Assembly: GCA_035939315.1 (NCBI GenBank)
Contig: DASZFZ010000050.1
Coordinates: 3,370-67,369 of the forward strand
Length of the DNA: 64,000 nt
Direction of reading: 5' to 3'
Source: Solirubrobacteraceae bacterium
GTDB lineage: Bacteria > Actinomycetota > Thermoleophilia > Solirubrobacterales > Solirubrobacteraceae
This document shows positions 55,799-64,000 of this stretch, one piece after another. The notes below the pieces were generated by a model. The model was not told the DNA's origin and ran no database searches. It saw only the letters and a program-made list of their open reading frames with translations. Positions within the stretch are counted from its first letter, which is position 1; each line of letters starts with the position of its first letter. The translations under genes and the position numbers were made by a program.

Positions 55799-57592
55799 AT
55801 GAGGTCGATCAGAACGGTCGCGGCCGCGACGCTGGCGGCGGCGCTCGTGCTGGGCCTTGCCGCTTGCGGTTCGAGCGGCAGTGGCAGCTCGAGCACCACC
55901 GCGAACGTCGCGAGCGCTTTGAGCACGGGCGGGTTCCAGAGCCCGGTCACGGAGTCGCTGACGGGAGGCAAACGCGGCGGCACGCTGACGGTGCTCCAGG
56001 AAACCGACTTCGAACACCTGGATCCGGGCATCAGCTACTACGCGCTCGACTACGAGGTCGTGTTCGCGACGCAGCGGCCGCTGTACTCGAACAAGCCCAA
56101 CTCGGTCGAACCGACGCCCGACATGGCCTCCGGCTCGCCGGAAATCTCATCCGACAACAAGACCGTGACCGTGCACCTCAAGGAAGGGATCCACTTCAGC
56201 CCGCCGGTCAACCGCGAAGTGGTAGCCGAAGACGTCGCCTACGCGATCGAGCGCGGCGCCAACCCGAACGTCGCGAACCCCTACCTGCACTCCTACTTCA
56301 ACTCGGTCGAAGGCGTGCCGACGGCCAACGGCGGCCCGATCAAGGGCATCGAAACGCCCAACAAGCACGAGATCGTCTTCCACTTGACCGAACCGAAGGG
56401 TCAGCTCGTGGCGGACGCGCTGGTGTTGCCGCTGACCGCGGCCGTGCCCAAGGAATACGCCGAAAAGTACGACAAGAACAAACCGTCCAACTACGCCGCG
56501 TACGAGATCGCCACCGGCCCGTACATGCTGAAGAACGACAGCGAAGGCAAAGTGCTCGGCATCGGCTACATCCCGGGCAAGTCGGCGACGCTCGTGCGCA
56601 ACCCCAACTGGAACGCGAGCACCGACTTCCGGCCCGCCTACCTGAACGAAATCGACATCAAGATCGGCGGCACGCAGGCCGTCATCGGCCGGCAGGTGCT
56701 CGAAGGCACGAACGTCGTCGAGAACGAACCGCCGGCGCAGTCGATCGTGCAGCTGGCGGCCACCAGCTACAAGAACGGCCTCGGCATCTCGCCGGGCGCC
56801 GGCGCCCACTACATCGGCATCAACAACAAGGTCGGCCCGTTCTCGAACGTCGACCTGCGCAAGGCGCTGTGGGCGGCGCTCGACCGCAAGGCGATGGACC
56901 GCGAGCGCGGCGGCGAACTGGTGACGACCGTGGCCACGCACTTCCTGTACCCGACGATCAACGGCTTCGAAGACTCGGGCGGCGTCGCGGGGCCGAAGGT
57001 GCCTTACAACGAACACCCCGAAGGCGACATGGCGCTCGCCGAAAAATACGTCAAGGAAGCCGGCTACCCGAGCGGCAAGTACACCGGCACCAAGCCGGTG
57101 ACGATCGTCGGCTCGAGCAGCCCGCCGGCCAAGGAAGACGCCGAAATCGTCAACCAGACGATGAAAAACCTCGGCTTCGTGACGAAATTCTCGGTCGTCG
57201 AACAGTCGACGATGTACGCGAAGTACTGCAACGTCCCCAAAGAAGAGATCGAAGTGTGCCCGAGCGTCGGCTGGATCGCCGACTTCTCCGACCCGCAGAC
57301 GGTGCTCAACATCACCTTCAACGGGAAATACATCGAACCGACGGGCAACGTCAACTGGGGCCAGACCGACGTGCCGAAGATCAACGCGGCGATGGCGGCG
57401 GCCGAACTGGTGAAAGGCAAGGAAGCGCGCGGCAAGGCGTGGGCCAAGATCGACGAAGAACTCGTCGAAGACGCCGCCGCGATCCCGTTCGACTGGGACA
57501 AGGAGCCGCGCATCGAGGGCAACGACGTCCACGGTGTGCAGCAGCTGTGGAACGAAGGCAACTGGGACTACAGCTGGACGTCGCTCAAGTAG
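55799..57592 (+). CDS. ABC transporter substrate-binding lipoprotein, family 5 (peptide/oligopeptide)
   Basis: Lipobox LGLAACGS. Family-5 length and motifs (GIHFSPPVNREVVAEDV, GPYML). 34 GAA versus 10 GAG codons. Confidence 0.85.
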   Translation: MRSIRTVAAATLAAALVLGLAACGSSGSGSSSTTANVASALSTGGFQSPVTESLTGGKRGGTLTVLQETDFEHLDPGISYYALDYEVVFATQRPLYSNKPNSVEPTPDMASGSPEISSDNKTVTVHLKEGIHFSPPVNREVVAEDVAYAIERGANPNVANPYLHSYFNSVEGVPTANGGPIKGIETPNKHEIVFHLTEPKGQLVADALVLPLTAAVPKEYAEKYDKNKPSNYAAYEIATGPYMLKNDSEGKVLGIGYIPGKSATLVRNPNWNASTDFRPAYLNEIDIKIGGTQAVIGRQVLEGTNVVENEPPAQSIVQLAATSYKNGLGISPGAGAHYIGINNKVGPFSNVDLRKALWAALDRKAMDRERGGELVTTVATHFLYPTINGFEDSGGVAGPKVPYNEHPEGDMALAEKYVKEAGYPSGKYTGTKPVTIVGSSSPPAKEDAEIVNQTMKNLGFVTKFSVVEQSTMYAKYCNVPKEEIEVCPSVGWIADFSDPQTVLNITFNGKYIEPTGNVNWGQTDVPKINAAMAAAELVKGKEARGKAWAKIDEELVEDAAAIPFDWDKEPRIEGNDVHGVQQLWNEGNWDYSWTSLK

Positions 57593-57604
57593 GCGAGTGA
57601 CGGT

Positions 57605-57636
57605 GGCCCGGGCTCCGCACGCGCGGCGCCCGGGCC
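57605..57636 (+). terminator. intra-operon GC-rich stem-loop after the binding-protein gene (attenuator/stabiliser)
   Basis: GGCCCGGGC...GCCCGGGCC outer 9 bp plus an inner 4 bp, 13 nt after the stop codon. Confidence 0.5.
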
Positions 57637-57720
57637 GGTCTCCCTCTCGCCAAGACCTGGTCCCGACACGGCAGCGATGACAGCAAGCACCCGTCCACCC
57701 GCAGCGGACGCGCGGACACG

Positions 57721-58680
57721 ATGATCCGCTACATCGTCCGCCGCCTGCTGTGGGGGGCGCTGCTGCTCGTGATCGTCGCGGCGCTGATGTTCGTGCTGTT
57801 CCGCGTGCTGCCGACCGGCAACCCGGCGCTGCTGCGCGCCGGGCGCGACCCGCAGCCGAAACTGGTGAAGGAGATCGAACACGTCCTCGGCCTCGGCAAA
57901 CCGCTGACGACGCAGCTGTGGGACTACCTGAAGGAAGTCTTCCTGCACTTCCAGTTCGGCTACAGCTACTACAGCCAGGAGTCGGTGCGCGGGCTGATCG
58001 GCGAACGCATCTCGGCGACGCTGTCGCTGACCGTCGGGGCGGCCGTGCTGTGGATCGTGGCCGGCCTCAGCGTCGGCGTGATCTCCGCGCTGCGCCGCCA
58101 CACGCGCATGGATCGCGCGGCGATGGGCACCGCCCTGTTCCTGATCTCGATGCCGGAATTCTGGCTTGGCCTGGTGCTGCTGTACCTGCTCGCCGACGAC
58201 ATCGGCCTGGTCAAGGTGCTGCCGGGGGCCGGCAGCTACGTCGGCCTCACGAGCGACCCGTGGAAATGGTTCACCTCGCTGATCCTCCCGTGGATCGTGC
58301 TGGCCTCCGGCTCGGCGGCCGTGTTCGCGCGGTTGATGCGGGGCACGCTCAGCGAGACGATGCGCGAAGACTACATCCGCACGGCGCGCGCCAAGGGCCT
58401 GCGCGAGCGAGCGGTCGTGCGCCAGGGCGTGCGCGCGGCGATCAACCCGATCGTCACCCTCTTCGGCCTGGAAGTCGGGGTGCTGCTCGGCGGCTCGATC
58501 CTCGTCGAAGTCGTCTTCAACATCCCCGGGGTCGGCGAGCTCAGCTACAAAGCGATCCAGTCCTCGGACTTCCCGGTGATCCAGGGCACGGTGCTGCTGG
58601 CGGCGTTCTTCATCATCCTCGCGAACATCGTCGTCGACGTCGCCTACGCGTACCTGGACCCGAGGGTGCGCTACTCGTGA
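57721..58680 (+). CDS. peptide/nickel ABC transporter permease (DppB/OppB type)
   Basis: MIRYIVRRLLWGALLLVIV N-terminus typical of the family. EAA loop EDYIRTARAKGLRERAV. Confidence 0.85.
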   Translation: MIRYIVRRLLWGALLLVIVAALMFVLFRVLPTGNPALLRAGRDPQPKLVKEIEHVLGLGKPLTTQLWDYLKEVFLHFQFGYSYYSQESVRGLIGERISATLSLTVGAAVLWIVAGLSVGVISALRRHTRMDRAAMGTALFLISMPEFWLGLVLLYLLADDIGLVKVLPGAGSYVGLTSDPWKWFTSLILPWIVLASGSAAVFARLMRGTLSETMREDYIRTARAKGLRERAVVRQGVRAAINPIVTLFGLEVGVLLGGSILVEVVFNIPGVGELSYKAIQSSDFPVIQGTVLLAAFFIILANIVVDVAYAYLDPRVRYS

Positions 58681-59768
58681 GCGCCGCCGCATCCTCCCCG
58701 CGGGGGGAGCCGCTGCTGCGCGTCGAGGACCTGCGCGTGGAGTTCCCGACCGAGGACGGCGTCGTGCACGCCGTCGACGGCATCACCTACCAGGTCCACG
58801 CCGGGCGCACGCTCGGCATCGTCGGCGAGTCCGGCTCGGGCAAGACCGTCTCCTCGTTGACGACGCTCGGGCTGACGCGCCGGCAGGGCGCGCGCGTCAG
58901 CGGCAAGATCCTGTTCGAAGGGCACGACCTCGTGACGCTGCCCGAAGACCAGCTGCGCGCGATCCGCGGCAACCAGATCGCGATGATCTTCCAAGACCCG
59001 CTGTCCTCGCTGCACCCCCTCTACAAGGTCGGCGCACAGCTGATCGGCGCGGTGCGCGCCCACCACCCCGAGGCCTCCAAGGCCAAGGCGCGCGAGCGCG
59101 CCGTCGAGCTGCTCGGGCTGGTGGGGATCCCGGACCCGGCACGGCGCGTGGACGAGTACCCGCACGAGTTCTCCGGCGGCATGCGCCAGCGCGCGATGAT
59201 CGCGATGGCGCTCGCCAACGAGCCCAGGCTGCTGATCGCCGACGAGCCGACGACGGCGCTCGACGTGACCGTCCAGGCGCAGATCCTGGCGCTGATGGAA
59301 CGCCTGCAGCACGAGCTCGGGATGGCGATCCTGATCATCACCCACGATCTCGGCGTGGTCGCCGAGATGGCCGACGACATCGCCGTGATGTACGCGGGGC
59401 GGATCGTCGAGACGGCCTCGGCGGCGCGGCTGTTCGCGGCGCCCGAACACCCCTACACGTGGGGGCTGTTGAAGTCGATCCCGCGGCTGGAGGGCGCGCG
59501 CGAGGAGGATCTCGTGCCGATCCCGGGCACGCCGCCGAGCCTCATCAGCCCGCCCGCGGGCTGCCACTTCCACCCCCGCTGCCGCTACGTCCAGCCGGAG
59601 CACAAGCGCATCGACCCGCGGCTCGAGCCGGTGCCCGACGAACCCGACCAGCACGTGGCGTGCCTGCTGGAGGTGAGCGTGCGGCGGCGCATCTGGGGCC
59701 TGCTCAGCGCCGGGCGGACCCCCGAGGAAGCGCTCGCAGCGGTCGGCCTGCTGGAGACGCAGGCGTGA
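58677..59768 (+). CDS. peptide ABC transporter ATP-binding protein (OppD/DppD type)
   Basis: GTG 58677 overlaps the upstream stop (GTGA). Walker A GESGSGKT, signature FSGGMRQR, Walker B LLIADEPTTALD, C-terminal Cys-containing oligopeptide domain. Confidence 0.9.
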   Translation: MSAAASSPRGEPLLRVEDLRVEFPTEDGVVHAVDGITYQVHAGRTLGIVGESGSGKTVSSLTTLGLTRRQGARVSGKILFEGHDLVTLPEDQLRAIRGNQIAMIFQDPLSSLHPLYKVGAQLIGAVRAHHPEASKAKARERAVELLGLVGIPDPARRVDEYPHEFSGGMRQRAMIAMALANEPRLLIADEPTTALDVTVQAQILALMERLQHELGMAILIITHDLGVVAEMADDIAVMYAGRIVETASAARLFAAPEHPYTWGLLKSIPRLEGAREEDLVPIPGTPPSLISPPAGCHFHPRCRYVQPEHKRIDPRLEPVPDEPDQHVACLLEVSVRRRIWGLLSAGRTPEEALAAVGLLETQA

Positions 59769-60814
59769 GCGCGGCCGCCGCGGAGCCGCTCGTGCGCGTG
59801 CGCGGGCTGACCAAGCACTTCCCGATCACCCGTGGGATCATCCTCCAGCGCCAGATCGGCGCGGTCAAGGCGGTCGACGGCGTCGACCTCGACATCCACA
59901 GGGGCGAGACGCTCGGGATCGTCGGGGAGACGGGCTGCGGCAAGAGCACGACCGCGCGGCTGCTGATGCGCCTGCTCGAGGCGACCGCCGGGGAGATCCA
60001 CTTCGAGGGGCGCGAGATCACGCGCCTGAAGGGCTCGGCGCTGAAGGGCATGCGCCGCGACGTGCAGATGATCTTCCAGGACCCGCAGTCCTCGCTGAAC
60101 CCGCGCAAGACGATCGGCTCGATCATCGGCGAGCCGTTCGCGATCCACAAGCTGCTGCCCGACAGGGGCGAGCGCCGGCGCGAGGTGCAGCGCCTGATGG
60201 AGACGGTCGGGCTGAACCCGGAGCACTACAACCGCTACCCGCACGAGTTCTCCGGCGGCCAGCGCCAGCGCATCGGCGTCGCGCGCGCGCTCGCGCTGAA
60301 CCCCAAGCTGCTGATCGCCGACGAGCCCGTGTCGGCGCTCGACGTCTCGATCCAGGCGCAGGTGCTGAACCTGCTGCGCGACCTGCAGCGGCGGCTCGGC
60401 CTGACCGTCGTGTTCATCGCCCACGACCTGTCGGTCGTGCGCCACATGTGCGATCGCGTAGCCGTCATGTACCTCGGCAAGATCGTGGAGATCGGGCCCA
60501 ACGAGCCGCTGTACGCGACCCCGCGCCACCCCTACACGGGCGCGCTGCTGGCGGCCGTGCCGGTCGCCGACCCGTCCTTCCACGGCAGCGAGCGGCGCCT
60601 CTTGAGCGGCGACGTGCCGAGCCCCGCCAACCCGCCGAGCGCCTGCCGCTTTCACACCCGCTGCCCCAAGGCCCAGCCGCTGTGCTCAGAGCGCGAGCCG
60701 CCGCTGGAGGACAAGGGCGCCTCGATCGACGGGCAGGCCGGCACGATCGCCGCCTGCCACTTCCCGCTCAGCCACGAGGAGGCCGTGACGATGGGCGTAC
60801 GATCTGCGCGATGA
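59765..60814 (+). CDS. peptide ABC transporter ATP-binding protein (OppF/DppF type)
   Basis: GTG 59765 overlaps the upstream stop (GTGA). Walker A GETGCGKST, FSGGQRQR, LLIADEPVSALD. Confidence 0.9.
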   Translation: MSAAAAEPLVRVRGLTKHFPITRGIILQRQIGAVKAVDGVDLDIHRGETLGIVGETGCGKSTTARLLMRLLEATAGEIHFEGREITRLKGSALKGMRRDVQMIFQDPQSSLNPRKTIGSIIGEPFAIHKLLPDRGERRREVQRLMETVGLNPEHYNRYPHEFSGGQRQRIGVARALALNPKLLIADEPVSALDVSIQAQVLNLLRDLQRRLGLTVVFIAHDLSVVRHMCDRVAVMYLGKIVEIGPNEPLYATPRHPYTGALLAAVPVADPSFHGSERRLLSGDVPSPANPPSACRFHTRCPKAQPLCSEREPPLEDKGASIDGQAGTIAACHFPLSHEEAVTMGVRSAR

Positions 60815-62211
60815 GCGCGCAGCAGGGCGGTTCGCCCGATCGAACGCAGGGCGAGAGCGGCGGCTCAGAGGCGCAGGAGCTGCTCGCGCGGCTGATCCGC
60901 TTCAACACCGTCAACCCGCCCGGCGACGAGCGCCCGGCGCAGGAGTTCCTGGCCGAGCACCTGCGCGCGGCGGGCTTCGAGTGCGAGCTGCTCGGCGCCG
61001 AGCCGGGCCGCCCGAACCTCGTGGCGCGCCTGCGCGCGGCGGGGAGTCCGGCGGGCGAGGGCCCGACGCTGTGCTATCTCGGCCACGTCGACACCGTGCT
61101 CGCCAACCCGGCGGAGTGGACGCACGATCCGTGGTCGGCGGACGTCGCCGACGGCTTCATGTGGGGGCGCGGCGCGCTCGACATGAAGTCGCAGGTCGCC
61201 GCCGAGATCGCCGCCGCCGCGTCGCTGGCGCGCTCCGGATGGCGGCCCGAGCGCGGCGAGCTGCTGATCGTGGCGGTCGTGGACGAGGAGACGGGCGGCG
61301 CGCTGGGGGCCGAGTGGATCACCCGCGAGCACCCCGAGAAGGTCCGCTGCGACCTCTTGATCAACGAGGGCGGCGGGGGGGTCTTCGAGTACGCCGGCAA
61401 GCGCTGCTACGGCGTGTGCTGTGCCGAGAAGGGCGTGTTCCGCTTCGTCGTGCGCACCGAGGGCGTCGCGGGGCACGCGTCGATGCCCGGCATGGGCGAG
61501 AACGCGCTGCTGAAGATGGGCCCGGTGCTCGAGCGCTTCGCGGCGCGCCAGCCCTCCTACCGGCCGACCGAGGAGGCGCTCGCGTTCCTGCGCGGGATCG
61601 GCGAGGACGCCGATGACCCGCAGGGGGCGGTCGCGCGCCTGCGCGCCGCCGACCCGCGGCTGGCGACCATGTTCGAGCCGATGCTCGGCGTGACGTTCAC
61701 GCCGACGCGCATCAGCGCCTCGGAGAAGATCAACGTGATCCCCAGCAGCGCCGAGCTGCGGGTCGACTGCCGCGTCCCCCCCGGGCTCGGGGAGGAGCAG
61801 GTGCGCGAGGGCATCGCCGAGGTGCTCGGCGGCGAGGGCGCGCAGGCGGCGCTCGTCGAGGGCGAGTCCCGGGGGGCGCCGCCGTGGCGCATCGAGTTCA
61901 CCGAGCGGGTCGTCGGCAACCGCTCGCCCGTGAGCTCGCCGCTGATGGACGAGCTCTCGCGCTGGATCTCAGAGCGCGACCCGGGCGCGCAGGTGGTGCC
62001 CGTCGCGCTGCCCGGTTTCACCGACTCGCGCCACTTCCGGCTGGCGTTCCCCGACTGCGTCGCCTACGGCTTCTTCCCGCACCGCCACCAGCCGATGCTC
62101 GCGAGCGCCCCGCTGGTCCACGGCGCCGACGAGCGCATCGACGTGCGCGACCTGGCGTTCGCGAGCGAGCTGTACCGGGACCTGGCGCTGCGCCTGCTCG
62201 GCGGAGGCTGA
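60811..62211 (+). CDS. M20/M25/M40 family metallopeptidase (dipeptidase/deacylase-like)
   Basis: ATG 60811 overlaps the oppF-type stop (ATGA). LGHVDTVLANPAEW, GRGALDMK, VVDEETGG metal-ligand motifs. Confidence 0.8.
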   Translation: MSAQQGGSPDRTQGESGGSEAQELLARLIRFNTVNPPGDERPAQEFLAEHLRAAGFECELLGAEPGRPNLVARLRAAGSPAGEGPTLCYLGHVDTVLANPAEWTHDPWSADVADGFMWGRGALDMKSQVAAEIAAAASLARSGWRPERGELLIVAVVDEETGGALGAEWITREHPEKVRCDLLINEGGGGVFEYAGKRCYGVCCAEKGVFRFVVRTEGVAGHASMPGMGENALLKMGPVLERFAARQPSYRPTEEALAFLRGIGEDADDPQGAVARLRAADPRLATMFEPMLGVTFTPTRISASEKINVIPSSAELRVDCRVPPGLGEEQVREGIAEVLGGEGAQAALVEGESRGAPPWRIEFTERVVGNRSPVSSPLMDELSRWISERDPGAQVVPVALPGFTDSRHFRLAFPDCVAYGFFPHRHQPMLASAPLVHGADERIDVRDLAFASELYRDLALRLLGGG

Positions 62212-62265
62212 GCCGGTCCGCCGCCGGGTCGCGATCGGCGTACGCGAGGCGGCGGATTGCGGGGC

Positions 62266-62294
62266 TCGACAAGCGGCCCTCCAACCCGCATAAT
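62266..62294 (+). promoter_or_regulatory. sigma-70-type promoter upstream of ftsH
   Basis: TCGACA (62266-62271), 17 nt spacer, CATAAT (62289-62294). Confidence 0.5.
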
Positions 62295-62301
62295 GGACAC
62301 G

Positions 62302-62343
62302 ATGCCAAGGATGGTATGTGCGCTGGAGGGGGGCCCAGCTTGA
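62302..62343 (+). CDS. candidate leaderless 13-codon upstream ORF (MPRMVCALEGGPA)
   Basis: The ATG lies 8 nt after the -10 hexamer. Its TGA stop (62341-62343) overlaps an in-frame ftsH TTG (62340-62342) as TTGA. Confidence 0.2.
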   Translation: MPRMVCALEGGPA

Positions 62344-64000
62344 GCCTGCTCGCGACCACGGCCCTCCCCCAGGGCTCGACCGCCGGAACCCGTGCGCCCG
62401 CCGCGACGAGCACGGGCCACGCCGGGAGCGCGACGCCGGCGAGCGGCGCGTCGAGCGCCGCCCACGGGCTGGCCGCGCACGCCGCGACGCACCTGGCGCA
62501 CCCGGTCGTGACGACCGTGCACGCGCCGCCCGTCGTGACGGCGGGACCCTCGTTCGCCCAGGAAGTCCAGAACTTCGCCGTCAACTGGGAGCCGGTGATC
62601 GCGATCCTGTTCTTCACGGCGCTGATCTTCATGATGTGGCGGATGCTGAAGGTGATGCCGCGGGTCAAGCCGCAGCGCATCAAGCCCGCCTCCGAGCAAT
62701 CGGTCACCTTCAAGGACATCGCGGGCGTGGACGACGCCAAGGGCGAGCTGCAGGAGCTCGTCGAGTTCCTGCGCGAACCCAAGTCCTTCCGGGCGCTCGG
62801 CGCGAAGGTGCCGAAGGGGATCCTGCTGCACGGGCCGCCGGGCACCGGCAAGACGCTGCTCGCGAAGGCCGTCGCGAACGAGTCGGGCGCGCAGTTCTTC
62901 GCGCAGTCGGCGGCCTCGTTCGTGGAGATGTTCGCGGGCCTCGGCGCGGCCCGCATCAGGCGCCTGTTCGCGGTCGCGCGCAAGCACGAACCGGCGATCA
63001 TCTTCATCGACGAGCTCGACGCGGTCGGCGGGCGCCGCGGCATGGACATCTCGGGCGAGAAGGACCAGACGCTCAACCAGCTGCTGGTGGAGATGGACGG
63101 CTTCGCCTCGACCGGCCGGGTGGTCGTGATCGCCGCCTCGAACCTGCTCGACAAGCTCGACCCGGCGCTGCTGCGCCCGGGACGCTTCGACCGGCAGGTG
63201 TTCGTCGCGCCCCCGGACGTCGACGGGCGTGTGGGCGTGCTCGAAGTGCACACGCGCGACAAGCCGATGGAGGACGTCGACCTGGGCCTGGTCGCCCAGC
63301 AGACGAGCGGGCTGACGGGCGCGGACCTCGCGAACATCTGCAACGAGGCGGCGATCTTCGCGACCAGGCGCGGCGCGAAGGCGATCGGGATGGTGGACTT
63401 CGACTCGGCGCTCGAGCGGGTGATCGCGGGAGTCCAGTCAAAGCGCGTGCTGAACGCCCACGAGAAGCGCGTGGTCGCCTTCCACGAGGCCGGCCACGCG
63501 CTGTGCGGCGAGCTGCTGCCGTCGGTCGACCGCGTGCACAAGATCTCGATCGTCCCCCGCGGGCGGGCGCTCGGCTTCACGCTGAACCTGCCCGACGAGG
63601 ACCGCTACCTGAAGACGCGCGAGGAGCTGCTCGACTACATGACCGTGCTGATGGGCGGGCGGGTCGCCGAGCAGGTCGTGTTCGGCGCGATCACGACGGG
63701 CGCCTCGGACGACCTCAAACGGGTGGCCGACATCTCCCACTCGATGGTTCACGACTATGCGATGGGCACCGCCGGCGTGGGGCGCTCGCCCGACGGCGAC
63801 GTGCGCCTGTCCGAGCGCACGCTGCGGCTGCGCGACGAGGAGCGCCAGGACCTGATCGAGGAGGCCAGGCGCGCCGCCCAGAAACTGATCGTCGCGCACC
63901 GCAAGCACCTGGACGCGCTGGCCGAAGAGCTGCTCGAACGCGAGGTGCTGGAGCGCGACTCGATCGACCGGATCATGGCGGGCGTGCCGCGCATGCGCCG
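62316..64000 (+). CDS. ftsH: ATP-dependent zinc metalloprotease FtsH, 3' end outside window
   Basis: Not in the track because no stop is reached. Hand translation gives FKDIAGVDDAKGELQELVEFL, Walker A GPPGTGKT, IIFIDELDA, SRH region and HEAGHAL zinc site. The start is ATG 62316 or TTG 62340. Confidence 0.9.
   Translation, partial: MCAGGGPSLSLLATTALPQGSTAGTRAPAATSTGHAGSATPASGASSAAHGLAAHAATHLAHPVVTTVHAPPVVTAGPSFAQEVQNFAVNWEPVIAILFFTALIFMMWRMLKVMPRVKPQRIKPASEQSVTFKDIAGVDDAKGELQELVEFLREPKSFRALGAKVPKGILLHGPPGTGKTLLAKAVANESGAQFFAQSAASFVEMFAGLGAARIRRLFAVARKHEPAIIFIDELDAVGGRRGMDISGEKDQTLNQLLVEMDGFASTGRVVVIAASNLLDKLDPALLRPGRFDRQVFVAPPDVDGRVGVLEVHTRDKPMEDVDLGLVAQQTSGLTGADLANICNEAAIFATRRGAKAIGMVDFDSALERVIAGVQSKRVLNAHEKRVVAFHEAGHALCGELLPSVDRVHKISIVPRGRALGFTLNLPDEDRYLKTREELLDYMTVLMGGRVAEQVVFGAITTGASDDLKRVADISHSMVHDYAMGTAGVGRSPDGDVRLSERTLRLRDEERQDLIEEARRAAQKLIVAHRKHLDALAEELLEREVLERDSIDRIMAGVPRMR

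Overview
This is a 64 kb stretch of very GC-rich chromosome, about 70% or more outside a few islets. Gene content and order look like Actinomycetota, possibly Thermoleophilia or Rubrobacteria; that guess rests only on composition and synteny. All product calls come from reading the supplied translations for motifs. No database search was run.

The backbone is housekeeping:
- a cytochrome b/c fusion (5' partial), ubiE and a polyprenyl synthase
- tatC, purU and purA
- the rpsF-ssb-rpsR-rplI-dnaB cluster
- treT-otsA
- a cell-envelope cluster: class A PBP, a PIG-V-like glycosyltransferase, a CPBP protease, an L,D-transpeptidase and a sortase
- infA-thiL, pyrE, galT, an SF2 helicase and birA
- a long overlapping ccmABCD-hemA-hemC-cobA/hemD operon, and sirC
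- an aldehyde dehydrogenase and rarA
- an Opp/Dpp-type peptide ABC transporter with an M20 peptidase
- ftsH (3' partial)

There are two tRNA genes, Lys-CTT and Arg-CCT. I saw no rRNA, CRISPR array, integrase or transposase.

Accessory material:
- **tRNA-Arg islet (about 32.6-35.1 kb):** it is punctuated by two extra degenerate copies of the tRNA. It carries a PD-(D/E)xK nuclease with an uncharacterised Trp-rich C-terminal module, plus a leaderless MNT/HEPN pair. This is my best candidate for an undescribed defence-type locus.
- **tRNA-Lys islet:** about 1 kb at roughly 50% GC, with one exported-protein gene containing nine TTA codons.
- **hipBA module:** it has an AT-rich operator region.

Other observations worth a second look:
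- A sharp GAA/GAG glutamate-codon split between genes, even inside one operon.
- A DnaC/DnaI-like loader translationally coupled to dnaB.
- Three abutting perfect palindromes centred on CATG upstream of rpsF.
- thiL conservation that continues upstream of any canonical start codon.
- A possible leaderless 13-codon uORF coupled to ftsH.

Many long alternative-frame ORFs in the track are GC-driven shadows and were ignored.
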